A DNA stretch of 64,000 nt, taken from NCBI GenBank assembly GCA_963662465.1, contig OY759599.1, forward strand, positions 5,248,001-5,312,000, given 5' to 3'. A model generated the notes under the pieces. The model was not told where the DNA came from. It did not search any database and worked only from the letters and a program-made list of their open reading frames with translations. The translations under genes were made by a program, and so were the position numbers. This document shows positions 17,621 through 27,828 of the stretch, one piece after another (the first letter of the stretch is position 1; the number at the start of each line of letters is the position of its first letter). Origin of the DNA: Desulfatiglandales bacterium. Its GTDB lineage: Bacteria > Desulfobacterota > DSM-4660 > Desulfatiglandales > Desulfatiglandaceae.

Positions 17621-18193
17621 ATGCTTAGGAAACTCGTGGTCGGCCCCTACCAGGCCAACTGCTACATTCTGGGTTGCGATAAGACCAAAGAGGGGTTGGT
17701 CATCGACCCGGGAGATGAAGCCGTTCGCATTGTAACGGAAATTTCCAATTTAGGACTCAAAATTCGTTATATTCTCATCACGCACGGTCATGTGGACCAT
17801 GTGGGCGGCGCCCGGGAACTGAAAGAAATAACCGGCGCACCCGTATGGATACACCCTCAGGATGCGGGGGCCTTGGGCTTTCCGTCCGATGGAAATCTAT
17901 TTGAAGGCCAGGAAATCTCCTGGGGGAACTTCACCCTATCGGTGATCCACACGCCGGGCCATTCCACAGGCGGGGTCTGCTTTCACGCACCGGGGGTCGT
18001 ATTCACCGGGGACACCCTGTTTGCCGGCTCCATCGGGCGAACGGATTTTCCCGGCGGCAACCATGCGCAATTGATCCAGGGCGTCGTAAAAAAGATTTTT
18101 CCTCTGGGGGATGAATTGCGCGTATATCCAGGGCACGGTCCCCACAGCACCATCGGCCAGGAACGGAAATTTAACCCCTTTTTCAGGGGTTAG
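17621..18193 (+). CDS. MBL-fold metallo-hydrolase (GloC/YcbL-like)
   Basis: THGHVDH, HTPGHS, FTGDTLF, GRTDFPGG, PGHGP. Confidence 0.92.
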   Translation: MLRKLVVGPYQANCYILGCDKTKEGLVIDPGDEAVRIVTEISNLGLKIRYILITHGHVDHVGGARELKEITGAPVWIHPQDAGALGFPSDGNLFEGQEISWGNFTLSVIHTPGHSTGGVCFHAPGVVFTGDTLFAGSIGRTDFPGGNHAQLIQGVVKKIFPLGDELRVYPGHGPHSTIGQERKFNPFFRG

Positions 18194-18217
18194 ATTCGAT
18201 TTTCGTCCCGAAAAACC

Positions 18218-18829
18218 TTACTCTTTTTCATAAAGGGCCAGGACCCCTTCCATGGGACTGAGTTCCTTCATGAGCCGAAACCCGGGATAACGGGGCATAA
18301 TTTTATGAAGCCCATAAACCATGTATATGGCCCCTTTCCTGGCTTTTTCCGCCAGCATATGGGCAAACTCCTCATGCATGATCAAATAAGTGTAAAACAG
18401 ATCAAAGTCGGCGAGCCCCAGGCGCGTTTCATGCGTAATTCGATCATGAACTGCTTCATCCGTGGCATCCCCGTGAAACAGAAAAACATTCTCACGGGGG
18501 GGCGCCATTCCCGCAGCCTTTAGGGTTTCCGACAGTTCCGGTCGCAGCAAATCATATTCATCCAGGGTCCACTCATCCAGTTCAACGCCAACGGAAATCC
18601 GTGCCAGATAACTGAAAAACAGGTTGACCCTGCCATCCGCGCATCCCAGATCCAAAAAAGCGCTCCGGCCGGGTATGATGAGCTTTTCCGCAATCAATTG
18701 CGTCGCACAAGCCAGAAGTTTTGTCAGATCCGTGGATCGCCTGAACCCCAAGGGGCCCACATCGCCCACCTTTCGAGCGTCAAAAAAATCAGCAATCTTT
18801 AAAAGGCTTTTTTTTGATCTAAAATCCAT
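18218..18829 (-). CDS. Putative class I SAM-dependent methyltransferase
   Basis: FLDLGCADGR, VGVELD, FHGDA motifs. Confidence 0.65.
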   Translation of the reverse strand: MDFRSKKSLLKIADFFDARKVGDVGPLGFRRSTDLTKLLACATQLIAEKLIIPGRSAFLDLGCADGRVNLFFSYLARISVGVELDEWTLDEYDLLRPELSETLKAAGMAPPRENVFLFHGDATDEAVHDRITHETRLGLADFDLFYTYLIMHEEFAHMLAEKARKGAIYMVYGLHKIMPRYPGFRLMKELSPMEGVLALYEKE

Positions 18830-19350
18830 TGTCTAAAAACACTTTTTATCCGTTCATGCAATATGAACAGGCAGTTTATTTCCGCCCCTTCCATTTCCCG
18901 AAGTGCGTTGAGAGCGGAAGGTCGAACGCCATTGGTAATTTTTTTGCATATGTAGTTGATGCAGATCACATGCCGCGCCATGAGCAAACAACCCTTTTCA
19001 CCCAGGAAAAAACAACCATCCGCCTGCCGGCGTTCCTGGGGAAGCGACACCCCCAAAAGCAGATTAATCAAAAGGAGCCAGGCGTCATAACGGTTCTCCA
19101 GCCCTTTGCCGCAACAGGACCCGCCCTCTTCCAGGTCGCATTCTCTGCACAAATCCACCACGCCGATCGCAGCCATTTTGTTGCTGGAGGCCTTGACGGC
19201 CAATTCAAATTCGGCCAGAAGACCGGCAATGATGTCATCTTTGAGGAAAAGCGCGCGACCCGCCTGATAACAGGATTGGGCCCAGGCAATCTTTTCCACC
19301 ACAGGATGGTTAATGGATATGGGATGGGGTATGTTCACGGATATCTCCAT
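18799..19350 (-). CDS. Cys-rich hypothetical protein (CxxC..CC, YkgJ-like metal cluster)
   Basis: CREC...SCC, CFFLGEKGC, CINYIC. Confidence 0.65.
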   Translation of the reverse strand: MEISVNIPHPISINHPVVEKIAWAQSCYQAGRALFLKDDIIAGLLAEFELAVKASSNKMAAIGVVDLCRECDLEEGGSCCGKGLENRYDAWLLLINLLLGVSLPQERRQADGCFFLGEKGCLLMARHVICINYICKKITNGVRPSALNALREMEGAEINCLFILHERIKSVFRQWILDQKKAF

Positions 19351-19471
19351 ACGGCATTACATAATACGGAATTCCCTAAACTAGGAATCTTCCAATTTCG
19401 AGCCACGTAACAGAATCAAATGCGCTATCTTTTGTCAATACTTAAGTAAGACCCTCTCGAAGAATTAATCA

Positions 19472-19500
19472 TTGAGCCCCCAAAGACATTGTGCTATGAT
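19472..19500 (+). promoter_or_regulatory. Putative sigma70 promoter for the PLC-mutL-miaA operon
   Basis: TTGAGC-N17-TATGAT with extended TG. Confidence 0.5.
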
Positions 19501-19579
19501 GCTTTGGATCGGTTGATTCTTAATGATTTTCTTCCCAAGAAAACTTTAAAGAGCAGCGATAACAAGAGGTTTTGAATTC

Positions 19580-20446
19580 ATGGCCCTTTTTTTGAAGTTT
19601 GTTGTGTTTTTTGTCGGTTATCTCATTGTCCAAATCCTTCACCCTGAAAATGCCTTTGCATGGGGGCCGGGCGTTCACACGGCCATTGCATTGGGGACCC
19701 TTGATGCTGCCGCCCAACTGCTTCCCGCCATCGGCAGAACCATTGCCGCCTTTCCCATTGAATATCTGTACGGATCACTTTCCGCCGATTTTTTTATTGG
19801 AAAAGGCAAAAAGAAACGGGCGGGCGCCCCCCACAATTGGGAGGGCGGTTTCAAATTCCTGGGCGACGCAGGCAACGACCGCGAAGTGGCTTATGCCCTT
19901 GGCTTTCTCTCACATCTGGCGGCGGATGTTATCGCGCATAATTATTTTATTCCAAATCTCATCAGCGCTTACCCGGGAAAAGGAAAGATGGGACACTTGT
20001 TCTGGGAAGTACGATCCGACTATTTGATCGGGGCCGGGTACACCAGCATCGCCAACGGCGTCCTCAACATGGACCACCAGGTATGCGATGATCTGTTGCA
20101 GCTTCTCGACGGAAAGAAAAGAACCCGGCTTAAATCAAAAAAACGTGTTTTCACCCAAACCGTTAAATTTTCGGACTATCTTTACACAACCCGCAACCTG
20201 TTCTTTGAAACGCGGGCAGTGCGCGGACGCGTTTTCCATGAATATCTGGCCATGATGGTGGACCTTTCCCGCCGTTTGGTTTACGATCTCTTAAAACATC
20301 CTGAATCATCCCCCTGCTTACTCTATGATCCCATGGGCGCTAAAAACCTTCTGACGGCAAAGGGAAAACGATCTTTCCCCAGACTCTTCAGGACAGTAGC
20401 CACTGCACCTCAGTTCGATGTGGATGATAAACTCCTCTACTTATGA
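19580..20446 (+). CDS. Zinc-dependent phospholipase C / S1-P1 family protein
   Basis: Signal-like N-terminus, then AFA-WGPGVH, GSLSADF, HNW, GFLSHLAADVIAH, H.FWE. Confidence 0.85.
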   Translation: MALFLKFVVFFVGYLIVQILHPENAFAWGPGVHTAIALGTLDAAAQLLPAIGRTIAAFPIEYLYGSLSADFFIGKGKKKRAGAPHNWEGGFKFLGDAGNDREVAYALGFLSHLAADVIAHNYFIPNLISAYPGKGKMGHLFWEVRSDYLIGAGYTSIANGVLNMDHQVCDDLLQLLDGKKRTRLKSKKRVFTQTVKFSDYLYTTRNLFFETRAVRGRVFHEYLAMMVDLSRRLVYDLLKHPESSPCLLYDPMGAKNLLTAKGKRSFPRLFRTVATAPQFDVDDKLLYL

Positions 20447-22167
20447 ACACCATTAGAATTCTCCCGGAGAAGGTTGCGTCCCAAATTGCCGCCGGCGAGG
20501 TCATCGAAAGGCCTGCCTCCGTTGTCAGAGAATTAATCGACAACAGCATCGATGCGAAAGCCGATCGAATCACCATCAAGATAGAAAAAGGCGGCAAAGA
20601 TCTCATCAAAGTCAGGGATAACGGCATCGGCATGAGCAGGGATGATCTTCTCCTGTGTCTTGAAAGACACGCCACAAGCAAAATCAGAACGGCATCGGAC
20701 CTGATGCAAATTAAATCCTTCGGGTTCAGGGGTGAGGCGATCCCCAGTATGGCTTCGGTGTCCCGAATGCAGATGACATCGCTGCCCCAAAAAGAGCTTC
20801 TGGGGAACCGAGTCAAAATTTCCGGTGGAAAACTGCTGACCATCGAGGAAGTCGGCGCCCCGCCAGGCACCATTGTCGAAATAAGGGACCTGTTTTTTAA
20901 TATTCCGGCAAGGCGCAAATTCCTGAAAACCAAAGCCACGGAAATGAACCATATTATGGATTCCGTGTTAAGAGCCGCCATGCCTTTTCCCGATATTTCC
21001 TTCCGGCTGGAAGAGGGTGAAAAAGAGATACTTCGTCTTCCCGCATCCCAAGATCCCCTTTTGCGTCTTTCCCTCCTCATGGGTCGAGAGGCAGGCCAAT
21101 CCATACTGAGCAAAGAGGATGAACAAAGCGATCTCCATATTGCCATCCATGCCGCCCCTGGGGATTTTGCCAGAAACAGGGCCGACCGATTGTTTGTTTA
21201 TGTAAACGGTCGAAATATCAAAGATCGGTTTATAACCAAAGCCATTATGGCGGGATATGGCCAACGTTTGATGAAAGGCCGGTATCCCCAGGCCCTGGTT
21301 TTTATTGACATAGACCCGTCTCAAATCGATGTGAACGTTCATCCCGCCAAACAGGAAATAAAATTTCAAGACGGCCAAAAGGTCTTCAGCGCCATTGCCA
21401 CAGCCGTCGATAAAACGCTGGCGCCCGCATCCCATACAGCGGGCCATTCACGGATTAACGAAAACCACGTCGTCCCCCAAACAAATCCTTCAGCACCCAT
21501 CATCTCCGAACATTCCGAACCCTATGAACAGCGACTAACGCCAACGCCCTTCCCGTTCCCGGAAAAGCCTCCCCTGTCCCTGACCAACGCCGAGGGCCCC
21601 CGGATAATCGGACAATTGGGCAACATGTACATATTATGCCAGTTGGAAGACGGTCTTCTGATAGTGGATCAGCACGCCGCCCACGAGAGAATCGTTTACG
21701 AAACCCTCAAAAAGTCCCTCCTTTCGTCCAGGATTGAAATCCAAAACCTGCTCATTCCGCACGAAATGGAGTTTTCTTTGAAAGAAAAAGGGACACTCTT
21801 GGAAAAAGGTGATTTGCTGGCACACTTCGGCATTGAGCTTGATCATTTCGGGGGCAATGCCTTTTTATTGCGGGCAGTTCCAGCCTTACTCAAAAATGTG
21901 AACTGGCAAATGCTTATTTCGGAATTTATTTCAAATCTGGAAGAAGGCAATCAAACCAATAACGCCGACATAACGGATAAAGCCGTTACACTCATGGCTT
22001 GCCATGGCGCCATACGCGCCGGACAGCGATTGACGTTTACAGAAATGTCAAATTTACTGCATCAGCTCAAGGAAATGGATCTACCCACAAATTGCCCCCA
22101 CGGAAGGCCCATTTTTAAACAGTTCACCTTTTACGAAATGAGCAAAATGTTTAAGAGGATTGTATAA
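20443..22167 (+). CDS. mutL: DNA mismatch repair protein MutL
   Basis: IAAGEVIERPASVV, GFRGEA, DVNVHPAK, DQHAAHERIVYE, ACH, CPHGRP. Confidence 0.98.
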   Translation: MNTIRILPEKVASQIAAGEVIERPASVVRELIDNSIDAKADRITIKIEKGGKDLIKVRDNGIGMSRDDLLLCLERHATSKIRTASDLMQIKSFGFRGEAIPSMASVSRMQMTSLPQKELLGNRVKISGGKLLTIEEVGAPPGTIVEIRDLFFNIPARRKFLKTKATEMNHIMDSVLRAAMPFPDISFRLEEGEKEILRLPASQDPLLRLSLLMGREAGQSILSKEDEQSDLHIAIHAAPGDFARNRADRLFVYVNGRNIKDRFITKAIMAGYGQRLMKGRYPQALVFIDIDPSQIDVNVHPAKQEIKFQDGQKVFSAIATAVDKTLAPASHTAGHSRINENHVVPQTNPSAPIISEHSEPYEQRLTPTPFPFPEKPPLSLTNAEGPRIIGQLGNMYILCQLEDGLLIVDQHAAHERIVYETLKKSLLSSRIEIQNLLIPHEMEFSLKEKGTLLEKGDLLAHFGIELDHFGGNAFLLRAVPALLKNVNWQMLISEFISNLEEGNQTNNADITDKAVTLMACHGAIRAGQRLTFTEMSNLLHQLKEMDLPTNCPHGRPIFKQFTFYEMSKMFKRIV

Positions 22168-22173
22168 ACCGCC

Positions 22174-23109
22174 ATGGTGGCGCCTAAAAAACCAAAAGTC
22201 ATTGTTATCGCGGGTCCCACAGCCAGCGGAAAAACCGGTCTGGCCGTAGCACTAGCCCTTTCTCAGGGCGGGGAGGTTATTAATGCGGACTCCATGCAGG
22301 TATACCGCGGCATGGATATCGGCACGGCCAAACCCACCCTTGAAGAAAGACGCGGCGTTTGCCATCATCTTCTGGATGTTGTAGATCCGGACGAGGATTT
22401 CAATGCGGCTCGGTATCGCCAAATGGCCCTTCCCCTGGCAAAAAGTATTTGCGCAAGAAACATCCCCTGTTTTATTGTTGGGGGAACCGGACTCTACATC
22501 AGGGCTCTATTAGGGGGATTGGTGAAATTGCCCCCTTCCGATCCCATGCTTCGGGAACGCCTGCAACTGGAATGCGATCGTTGCGGTGCGCCGGAACTAT
22601 ATCGGAAGCTGGCCGATCTGGATCCTGAAGGCGCTAAATCGATCCACCCCAACGACAGACGCAGAATCATCAGGGCCCTTGAAATTATCCACCTGACACA
22701 TCGCAAACCTTCGGATCTGCAGAAGGAACATCGATTTCAAAACCAGGAATTTTGTACGTTAAAACTCTATTTACAAGTAGAAAGAGAGCGGCTTTACGAC
22801 CGCATTAACGCACGCACCGAAAAAATGGTGGCTGAGGGTCTCATTCAGGAAACGAAACTTCTGCTGGCAAAAGGCTATGATCCCCATCTCAAATCCATGA
22901 CAGCCATCGGCTATCGCCATATAACCCTGTATCTACAAGGGAAATGGCCCCTGGAAAAGGCAACGGAAGCCCTTAAACAGGATACCCGAAAATACGCGAA
23001 ACGACAGATGACCTGGTTTAAAGCTGAACAGGATATGATCGGGATGGACCCTGAAAATAAGATCTTGGCGGAAGAAAAGATTCGGGCTTTCATGGCGAAA
23101 AGCGCTTGA
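22174..23109 (+). CDS. miaA: tRNA dimethylallyltransferase
   Basis: GPTASGKT, DSMQVY, DIGTAKP, VGGTGLY, YAKRQMTW. Confidence 0.98.
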   Translation: MVAPKKPKVIVIAGPTASGKTGLAVALALSQGGEVINADSMQVYRGMDIGTAKPTLEERRGVCHHLLDVVDPDEDFNAARYRQMALPLAKSICARNIPCFIVGGTGLYIRALLGGLVKLPPSDPMLRERLQLECDRCGAPELYRKLADLDPEGAKSIHPNDRRRIIRALEIIHLTHRKPSDLQKEHRFQNQEFCTLKLYLQVERERLYDRINARTEKMVAEGLIQETKLLLAKGYDPHLKSMTAIGYRHITLYLQGKWPLEKATEALKQDTRKYAKRQMTWFKAEQDMIGMDPENKILAEEKIRAFMAKSA

Positions 23110-23236
23110 CCTTTTACCATTAATTCTCTATTTCAGAGCTGTTGGCGCATTCTCCGCGTTTCATAAAGCTATTAAGAGCGCATTATCCTTTTTTTTGCTC
23201 TCTCAACCACAACGATAGGTCTACGGAGGCAGTCCG

Positions 23237-23830
23237 ATGGGCGTCATCTCACCCAAAACCCTTTACACAACCCTTACAGCCTGCCTATTGGCTTTTCTTT
23301 TAATGGAAAGTTGTTCTCCAACACCCAGAGTTCCCGAAGGAATACTGGATACCCCTGCCCATCATGTATCCAACGGTTTCAAATTCCTTCAAAAAGACTA
23401 CGATGCCGATGCTCAACGGGAATTTGAACTGGCGCTTCAACTGGATCCCTTTTACAGCGCCGCACACCGAGGGTTGGGGCTGGTTTATGGAAAAGAAAAG
23501 GAATTTGAATCCGCACTGGATTCCATGCGCAAAGCGAGAGACAATGCAACGACCGGAGAACAAAAGGCAATGGCCTATGTCGGATTCATGCGTCTTTACA
23601 CCATGCGCGAAAAAACGGGCTGGCTTGAACAAACAGAAGAACGGTTCAGAGATGCGCTGCAATGGAATAATGATCTTCCCGACGCTTTCTTTTATATGGG
23701 CATTGCCTATAAAAAAGCAAATCGATACCCTGAAGCGGAAAAATTATTTAACCAGGTACTCAACATCAACCAAGGCCTGGAAATAGAGACCCGGAAAGAA
23801 TTGGCGTCCTTACACAAGCGTATAAAATAG
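23237..23830 (+). CDS. TPR-repeat protein, possibly a lipoprotein
   Basis: Hydrophobic N-terminus ending in Cys; TPR patterns ALQLDP..AHRGLG, AFFYMG. Confidence 0.75.
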   Translation: MGVISPKTLYTTLTACLLAFLLMESCSPTPRVPEGILDTPAHHVSNGFKFLQKDYDADAQREFELALQLDPFYSAAHRGLGLVYGKEKEFESALDSMRKARDNATTGEQKAMAYVGFMRLYTMREKTGWLEQTEERFRDALQWNNDLPDAFFYMGIAYKKANRYPEAEKLFNQVLNINQGLEIETRKELASLHKRIK

Positions 23831-23861
23831 CCAGGCGCTCCTTACGAGGAAAAATATTAAA

Positions 23862-25034
23862 ATGATCGGGAAAAAGACCCAAAAATCAATCGTTTTTATC
23901 ATATCCTTTTTTGCCGTTTATTTTTCCATGCCACTGCTTTCGCAGGTTATTGCGGAAGATCGACAGGAGAAAAACGAGTGTTTTGCCATTGGCACGGGCG
24001 CCGTCGTTAAAGGAAACCTACCTCAGGCCAAAAAAAACGCCATCCGTATGGCCCTATTGAAAGGGGTTGAAAGCTACCTGGTTCGCCTGTTGGGAAATCA
24101 GACGGTTACCAGCCATTTCGAGAGCCTTGCGCATAACATTATCCCCAATTTGGACCAGGAAATTGAAAATTTTCATATTTTGGCGGAACAGCAGGTGGGA
24201 ACACACTATAACGTTTTTGTAAAAATGAAGGTCAACGAGAACGGCATCGCGGAAAAGTTGAGGGATACGGGAATTTTCAAAACCGTTAACCAATCGGTCA
24301 AGATTCTGTTCATGGTTTCGGAAACCCGGGGACCTGTGGAAGTATTCTGGTGGCAGGACGCAGCGGCTCACCAAGCCCTCACCCCCATTGAACTGGCATT
24401 GCACGGCGTTTTTCAGGACAGAGGATTTAACCCCGTCAACCGCATCATGGACCTTCCCCCTTCAGAAGATTTGGTCGGCGCATTTCCCGCCAATATTCGA
24501 CCGGAAGAGGCGCTAAAATGGGGGAAACTCTTTTCTGCGGAGGTAGTGGTTTACGGCAAAAGCCTCATCCTTGATCATAATCTTATTCTAAACCTGAAAG
24601 CCCTTGACGTGCGGCAGGGGGTGCAAATTTGCGAAAAATCCGGGTCTCAAAAGATACCGCAAGGCATGGAAGACAATCAACGGATTTTAAGCCTCATGAG
24701 AAAGTGCGTCAACCCATTGGCCGACGCGTTATGCCCTTGCATTCTCAAAAATATCAACACGACGCCCCAGGAGACACAACAACTGGATATTACGCTGTCA
24801 GGCATCAACCAGCCAAAACAATTCCAGACCTTTGTCGATTTCCTAAAAAGCCATGTTCCAGGCGTAAAAACCATTATCCCCTCCAGGATCACTGAGGATT
24901 CGATATCCGCCACCATTGATTTTCAAGGGGACAGAATCGCATTTATCAGCAGGGTCCTTAACCATCAAAACCTTCCTTTTCCGCTTCACCTGGGCCAAAC
25001 CGACACTGAAAGCATCCTTTTTTACCTGGAATAG
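23862..25034 (+). CDS. Exported hypothetical protein (FlgT N-terminal-like)
   Basis: Signal peptide; AIGTG...AKKNAIRMAL pattern. Confidence 0.6.
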   Translation: MIGKKTQKSIVFIISFFAVYFSMPLLSQVIAEDRQEKNECFAIGTGAVVKGNLPQAKKNAIRMALLKGVESYLVRLLGNQTVTSHFESLAHNIIPNLDQEIENFHILAEQQVGTHYNVFVKMKVNENGIAEKLRDTGIFKTVNQSVKILFMVSETRGPVEVFWWQDAAAHQALTPIELALHGVFQDRGFNPVNRIMDLPPSEDLVGAFPANIRPEEALKWGKLFSAEVVVYGKSLILDHNLILNLKALDVRQGVQICEKSGSQKIPQGMEDNQRILSLMRKCVNPLADALCPCILKNINTTPQETQQLDITLSGINQPKQFQTFVDFLKSHVPGVKTIIPSRITEDSISATIDFQGDRIAFISRVLNHQNLPFPLHLGQTDTESILFYLE

Positions 25035-25044
25035 ACCTTAACTC

Positions 25045-25590
25045 ATGACCATTCCGAATCTTATCAGCGTTTTCCGAATACTCCTGGTCCCCATTTTCCT
25101 GGTTTTCATCATCAATGAACAATTTCCGGCCGGACTGGTTGTTTTTGTTCTGGCTGGTCTCAGCGACGGCGCCGACGGCATGGTGGCCCGACTTTTCAAC
25201 CAGAAAAGCCGCCTGGGATCCTATCTTGACCCCCTGGCGGACAAATGCCTTCTGGTCTCAGCGTTTATCTGTCTCGCAGCCATACACATTATACCGGTAT
25301 GGCTCACCGTCCTTGTCATCACCCGGGATATTTTAATTCTGCTCGGCGCCCTCATCCTTTTCTTAAAATATGGGGTGGATACGGTAAAGCCCTCCGCATG
25401 GGGAAAAGCGACGACTTTTTTTCAACTGGCCACGGTGTTCCTGGTCCTGGTTGAAAAACACTTTCATCTTTTTTCACAATACGTATATGTGGTTTATGGG
25501 GCAACGGGAACATTGACCGTATCATCGGGGATACTCTATATCCGGTCCTGGTTTTTCACGATGAAAGGCGGCCTGAAAGACCGCCGTTAA
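25045..25590 (+). CDS. CDP-alcohol phosphatidyltransferase (PgsA-like)
   Basis: TIPNLIS..R; DGADGMVAR....S.LG..LDPLADK. Confidence 0.92.
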   Translation: MTIPNLISVFRILLVPIFLVFIINEQFPAGLVVFVLAGLSDGADGMVARLFNQKSRLGSYLDPLADKCLLVSAFICLAAIHIIPVWLTVLVITRDILILLGALILFLKYGVDTVKPSAWGKATTFFQLATVFLVLVEKHFHLFSQYVYVVYGATGTLTVSSGILYIRSWFFTMKGGLKDRR

Positions 25591-25630
25591 TGGGCAAATG
25601 AAATTTCCCGATTCGAAACCATATTACACC

Positions 25631-25660
25631 TTGACATTCGCCATCATAACTTGTAAACAT
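25631..25660 (+). promoter_or_regulatory. Putative tRNA-Val promoter
   Basis: TTGACA-N17-TAAACA. Confidence 0.45.
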
Positions 25661-25670
25661 TGTGCAATAT

Positions 25671-25745
25671 AGGCGCGTAGCTCAGGGGGAGAGCACTACC
25701 CTGACACGGTAGGGGTCCAGGGTTCAAATCCCTGCGCGCCTACCA
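25671..25745 (+). tRNA. tRNA-Val(GAC)
   Basis: AGGCGCG/CGCGCCT acceptor stem, CTACC-CTGACAC-GGTAG anticodon arm, GTTCAAAT T-loop, encoded CCA. Confidence 0.97.
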
Positions 25746-25754
25746 GAACAAAAC

Positions 25755-25792
25755 AAGAGGTTGCGGGAATTTACCGCAGCCTCTTTTTTTTT
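25755..25792 (+). terminator. Intrinsic terminator after tRNA-Val
   Basis: aagaggttgcgg/ccgcagcctctt stem plus T run. Confidence 0.8.
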
Positions 25793-25893
25793 CGCTCTGT
25801 TTTTCAAAAAAGGGTGTTGACAACCAGGTAATTTAAAAAACAGAATGAAGGCGGTTTCCGAATGCGCCCGTTCAGAACCAACAGAACATAGCA

Positions 25894-27828
25894 TCACGAA
25901 AAAAAATGACATGCGACTCGTCGGTGTTCGATTTCTCGAATTGAAGGGGGTGTCTTTTCACACAGGTCCTGCCGGTTCGGGCATCTGGAAAAAAAGGGAC
26001 ACCCCTCCGTTGCCGCCGCTTGTGAGTTAATTTTCCACGTCTCTTTCCACTGTCCGTCGGCACTTTCCAACAGCATCTTCGTGTACGGATGCGCGGGCCG
26101 GGAAAGAACCAGCGAAGCCGATCCCAGCTCCACCAACCCACCTGCCAGCATAATTCCCATGCGGTCGCTGATTTTGCGGGCAAGGGCCATGTCGTGACTG
26201 ACAAAGAGCATGGTCAGCCCCCGCTCGGTTTGAAGGTCAAGGAGCAGTTTCAGTACCTTTGCCTGAACACTGGGGTCCAGGGCACTGGTGGGCTCATCGG
26301 CGATAAGTAGCTTCGGGGAAAGAACGAGGGCCCGGGCAATGCAGACCCGTTGAAGGGCCCCCATGTTCAGTTCATGGGGATAGCGCCCTAAAAATGCATC
26401 GTCGGTGGACAAGTGTACATCCGCCAGAACTGACTTGACCCGTTTCCGTTTTTCCTCTTTGGTTTTCCCTACCTTGTGGATGTTAAGGGGTTCCGCCACA
26501 GCGTCATATACGGTAAACCGGTGGCTGATGGATTCCGCCGGATTCTGGTAAACCACGCCGATCCGACCGGCTAGGGATTTGGCATCCTTTTTCAGCCATT
26601 CATCCATATCGCGGTCTTCAAATGTGCGGTGACCCCGGTCCTGTCGTATCACGCCTGCCGCGATCATGGCCAAGGTACTCTTCCCCGATCCTGTTTCACC
26701 CACCAGGGATAAGAGTTCTCCCGCCTTCAACGCCAGATCCAAGGGTTTGAGGGCCACAACGCCGCCGTAATGTTTGGCAATTCCTTCAAAAGACAACATC
26801 TGGACGATACCGCGACGAATACATCTGACCTGGTGATGTCCCACCGTTTCCAGGGTGATGACGCCTGTTTTGCAGGGTTCGATAGCCTGGGTGCATCGCC
26901 CTTGAAAAAGGCATCCCGTCGGCGGCGCGTGTCCGTCCGCATGCGATGATTCAGGAATTTGGATATGGGAATGATGGTACTGTGCCTCGTTTCGATGACC
27001 GTGCTGATGGATCAGGCGGTAAAATGCGTCTCCCCGAATGCCCCCCAGATCCCGAGCCGTATTCATGGTGGGATACGACCTGCCTAGGGCCAGGGTATAG
27101 GGGTGAACGGGGTTTGACAGCATTTCCCCGGCGGGCAGGGTTTCCATGATCTGTCCCAGATAAAGGACGGCCATTTCATCGCCATGGCGCACGGCGAATT
27201 CCAGGTCGTGGGTAATCAAAAGAATGCTTTTCCCCCGTTTTTTGTAATCCCTGATGATTTCCCCCACAAAGCTTTTGTTCAGGGCATCCAGGGCCGAGGT
27301 GGGTTCATCCATGATGAGGATTTCAGGGTCCAGGATCATGGCCATGGCCAGGAGACTTCGCTGCACCTGTCCCCCGCTCAGTTGATGGGGATACCGGCCA
27401 TGGCATGCTTCGGACAGACCAATATTAAAAAGCGCGAGGGATGCCCGTTTCAAGGCCTCTTTTCGGGTTGCGCCTTCCTTGTCCATGACGGGCTCCGCCA
27501 CCTGGTCGATAATCCGGTAGGCGGGATTCAGGGTGGTGGCGCCGGTTTGAAAGACCATTGACATCTTTTGCCATCGCATTCGGTTGAGGGCCTGCTCATC
27601 TTGAAAATTAATTTCCTGATGGTTCAGAAAGATTTGCCCCTCTGTTTCGGCGTTTTCAGGAAGCAGTCCGAGACAAGCCTTGCCAAGGGTGGTCTTTCCG
27701 GAGCCCGATTCACCCACCAGGGCAAGGCACTGCCCCTCCCGGATCTCCAGGTTTACCTCCTCAACGGCCTGAATGCCGTGATTCCCGTCTCGGTAAACAA
27801 CGCCGAAATCCTTGATGGTCAGGCTCAT
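25894..27828 (-). CDS. Peptide/nickel ABC transporter ATP-binding protein with two fused NBDs
   Basis: Start MSLTIK at 27828; GESGSGKT and GETGSGKS, LSGGQ, DEPT, HPY motifs, Cys-rich tails, His-rich linker. Confidence 0.92.
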   Translation of the reverse strand: MSLTIKDFGVVYRDGNHGIQAVEEVNLEIREGQCLALVGESGSGKTTLGKACLGLLPENAETEGQIFLNHQEINFQDEQALNRMRWQKMSMVFQTGATTLNPAYRIIDQVAEPVMDKEGATRKEALKRASLALFNIGLSEACHGRYPHQLSGGQVQRSLLAMAMILDPEILIMDEPTSALDALNKSFVGEIIRDYKKRGKSILLITHDLEFAVRHGDEMAVLYLGQIMETLPAGEMLSNPVHPYTLALGRSYPTMNTARDLGGIRGDAFYRLIHQHGHRNEAQYHHSHIQIPESSHADGHAPPTGCLFQGRCTQAIEPCKTGVITLETVGHHQVRCIRRGIVQMLSFEGIAKHYGGVVALKPLDLALKAGELLSLVGETGSGKSTLAMIAAGVIRQDRGHRTFEDRDMDEWLKKDAKSLAGRIGVVYQNPAESISHRFTVYDAVAEPLNIHKVGKTKEEKRKRVKSVLADVHLSTDDAFLGRYPHELNMGALQRVCIARALVLSPKLLIADEPTSALDPSVQAKVLKLLLDLQTERGLTMLFVSHDMALARKISDRMGIMLAGGLVELGSASLVLSRPAHPYTKMLLESADGQWKETWKINSQAAATEGCPFFSRCPNRQDLCEKTPPSIREIEHRRVACHFFS

